From NCBI GenBank assembly GCA_905250045.1, contig CAJNOG010000082.1, positions 337,822-343,975 on the forward strand: 6,154 nt of DNA, in the 5' to 3' direction. The notes under the pieces were generated by a model. It worked only from the letters and a program-made list of their open reading frames with translations. It had not been told where the DNA came from and did not search any database. The translations under genes were made by a program, and so were the position numbers. This document shows positions 5,926 to 6,154 of this stretch, piece by piece; position 1 is the first letter of the stretch, and every line of letters begins with the position of its first letter. Origin of the DNA: Adineta steineri (Eukaryota).

Positions 5926-6154
5926 CTAGATTGAATGTGAACAAAGAAGAATAAACAGATAAAAAGAGTCCACAACTTTTAGTAATTTAGAATGTAACAC
6001 ACAGTAATTCTTTGCACAAATGTCGCTGTTTCAACATCACATTCTAACATGCTGACTATGAAAAATGACTATTAATAATATCTGCTTCTATTTTTTATTC
6101 GTTCATCACGACGATCTTTTACTTAGACATGGACTGAACTCAAACGTGTGTACG

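Noticed and set aside
6018-6050. Alternative first exon for the lectin-like gene starting at ATG 6050-6048 (MLECDVETATF..)
   Set aside because: The available GT donors (at 6017 and after ATT ACT) leave phase 0. The acceptor at 5926/5925 requires a phase-2 junction, and unspliced the ORF ends in a stop.
1-6154. Reading the window as a prokaryotic defence island or operon (TIR + RING + lectin), or as a functional eukaryotic immune gene cluster
   Set aside because: Every supported gene needs spliceosomal introns. I recognised no Shine-Dalgarno or operon organisation, CRISPR repeats, tRNA or transposase. Adjacency of a TIR gene, a RING relic and a lectin-like gene in a eukaryote is not evidence of a shared system without co-expression or conserved synteny.

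Overview
This window is eukaryotic nuclear DNA, not a prokaryotic locus. It is AT-rich, and its genes are split by very short GT..AG introns (52-63 bp, GTAAGT/GTATGT donors, T-rich ..TAG/CAG acceptors). The six-frame ORFs only make sense once they are spliced. I support five genes by hand splicing. (1) A three-exon TIR-domain protein on the + strand (37-1603, possibly 5'-partial). (2, 3) Two paralogous three-exon genes for small sperm-tail PG-rich repeat (STPGR/ODF3/SHIPPO-like) proteins on the + strand (1830-2391 and 3449-4027), each inside an ~815-bp duplicated segment (1696-2510 and 3307-4121). (4) A degenerate RING-finger-like ORF on the - strand (2779-3015) in the ~800-bp spacer between the duplicates. 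(5) A multi-exon - strand gene (4509-5925, perhaps to 6130) for a predicted type II membrane protein with a Thr-rich stalk and a C-terminal galactose-binding-domain-like (CBM4_9/FBA-like) beta-sandwich. I saw no rRNA, tRNA, CRISPR array, transposase or operon structure. The main points of interest are: the TIR gene, which keeps a catalytic-type Glu and has an unrecognisable C-terminal half; the mosaic divergence of the STPGR duplicates (introns ~90% identical, an ~80-nt coding block almost unalignable, frame kept); a 1-nt A-run difference that truncates copy A; GGGTGT/CCCACA hexamers at the duplication boundaries, which match what I recall as the bdelloid-rotifer telomeric repeat; conserved uORFs or pyrimidine-AG acceptors just upstream of both STPGR start codons; and the RING-like relic. 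The short introns and these hexamers fit a bdelloid rotifer-like invertebrate genome, but that is inference. All domain calls come from motif recognition by eye, with no searches run.
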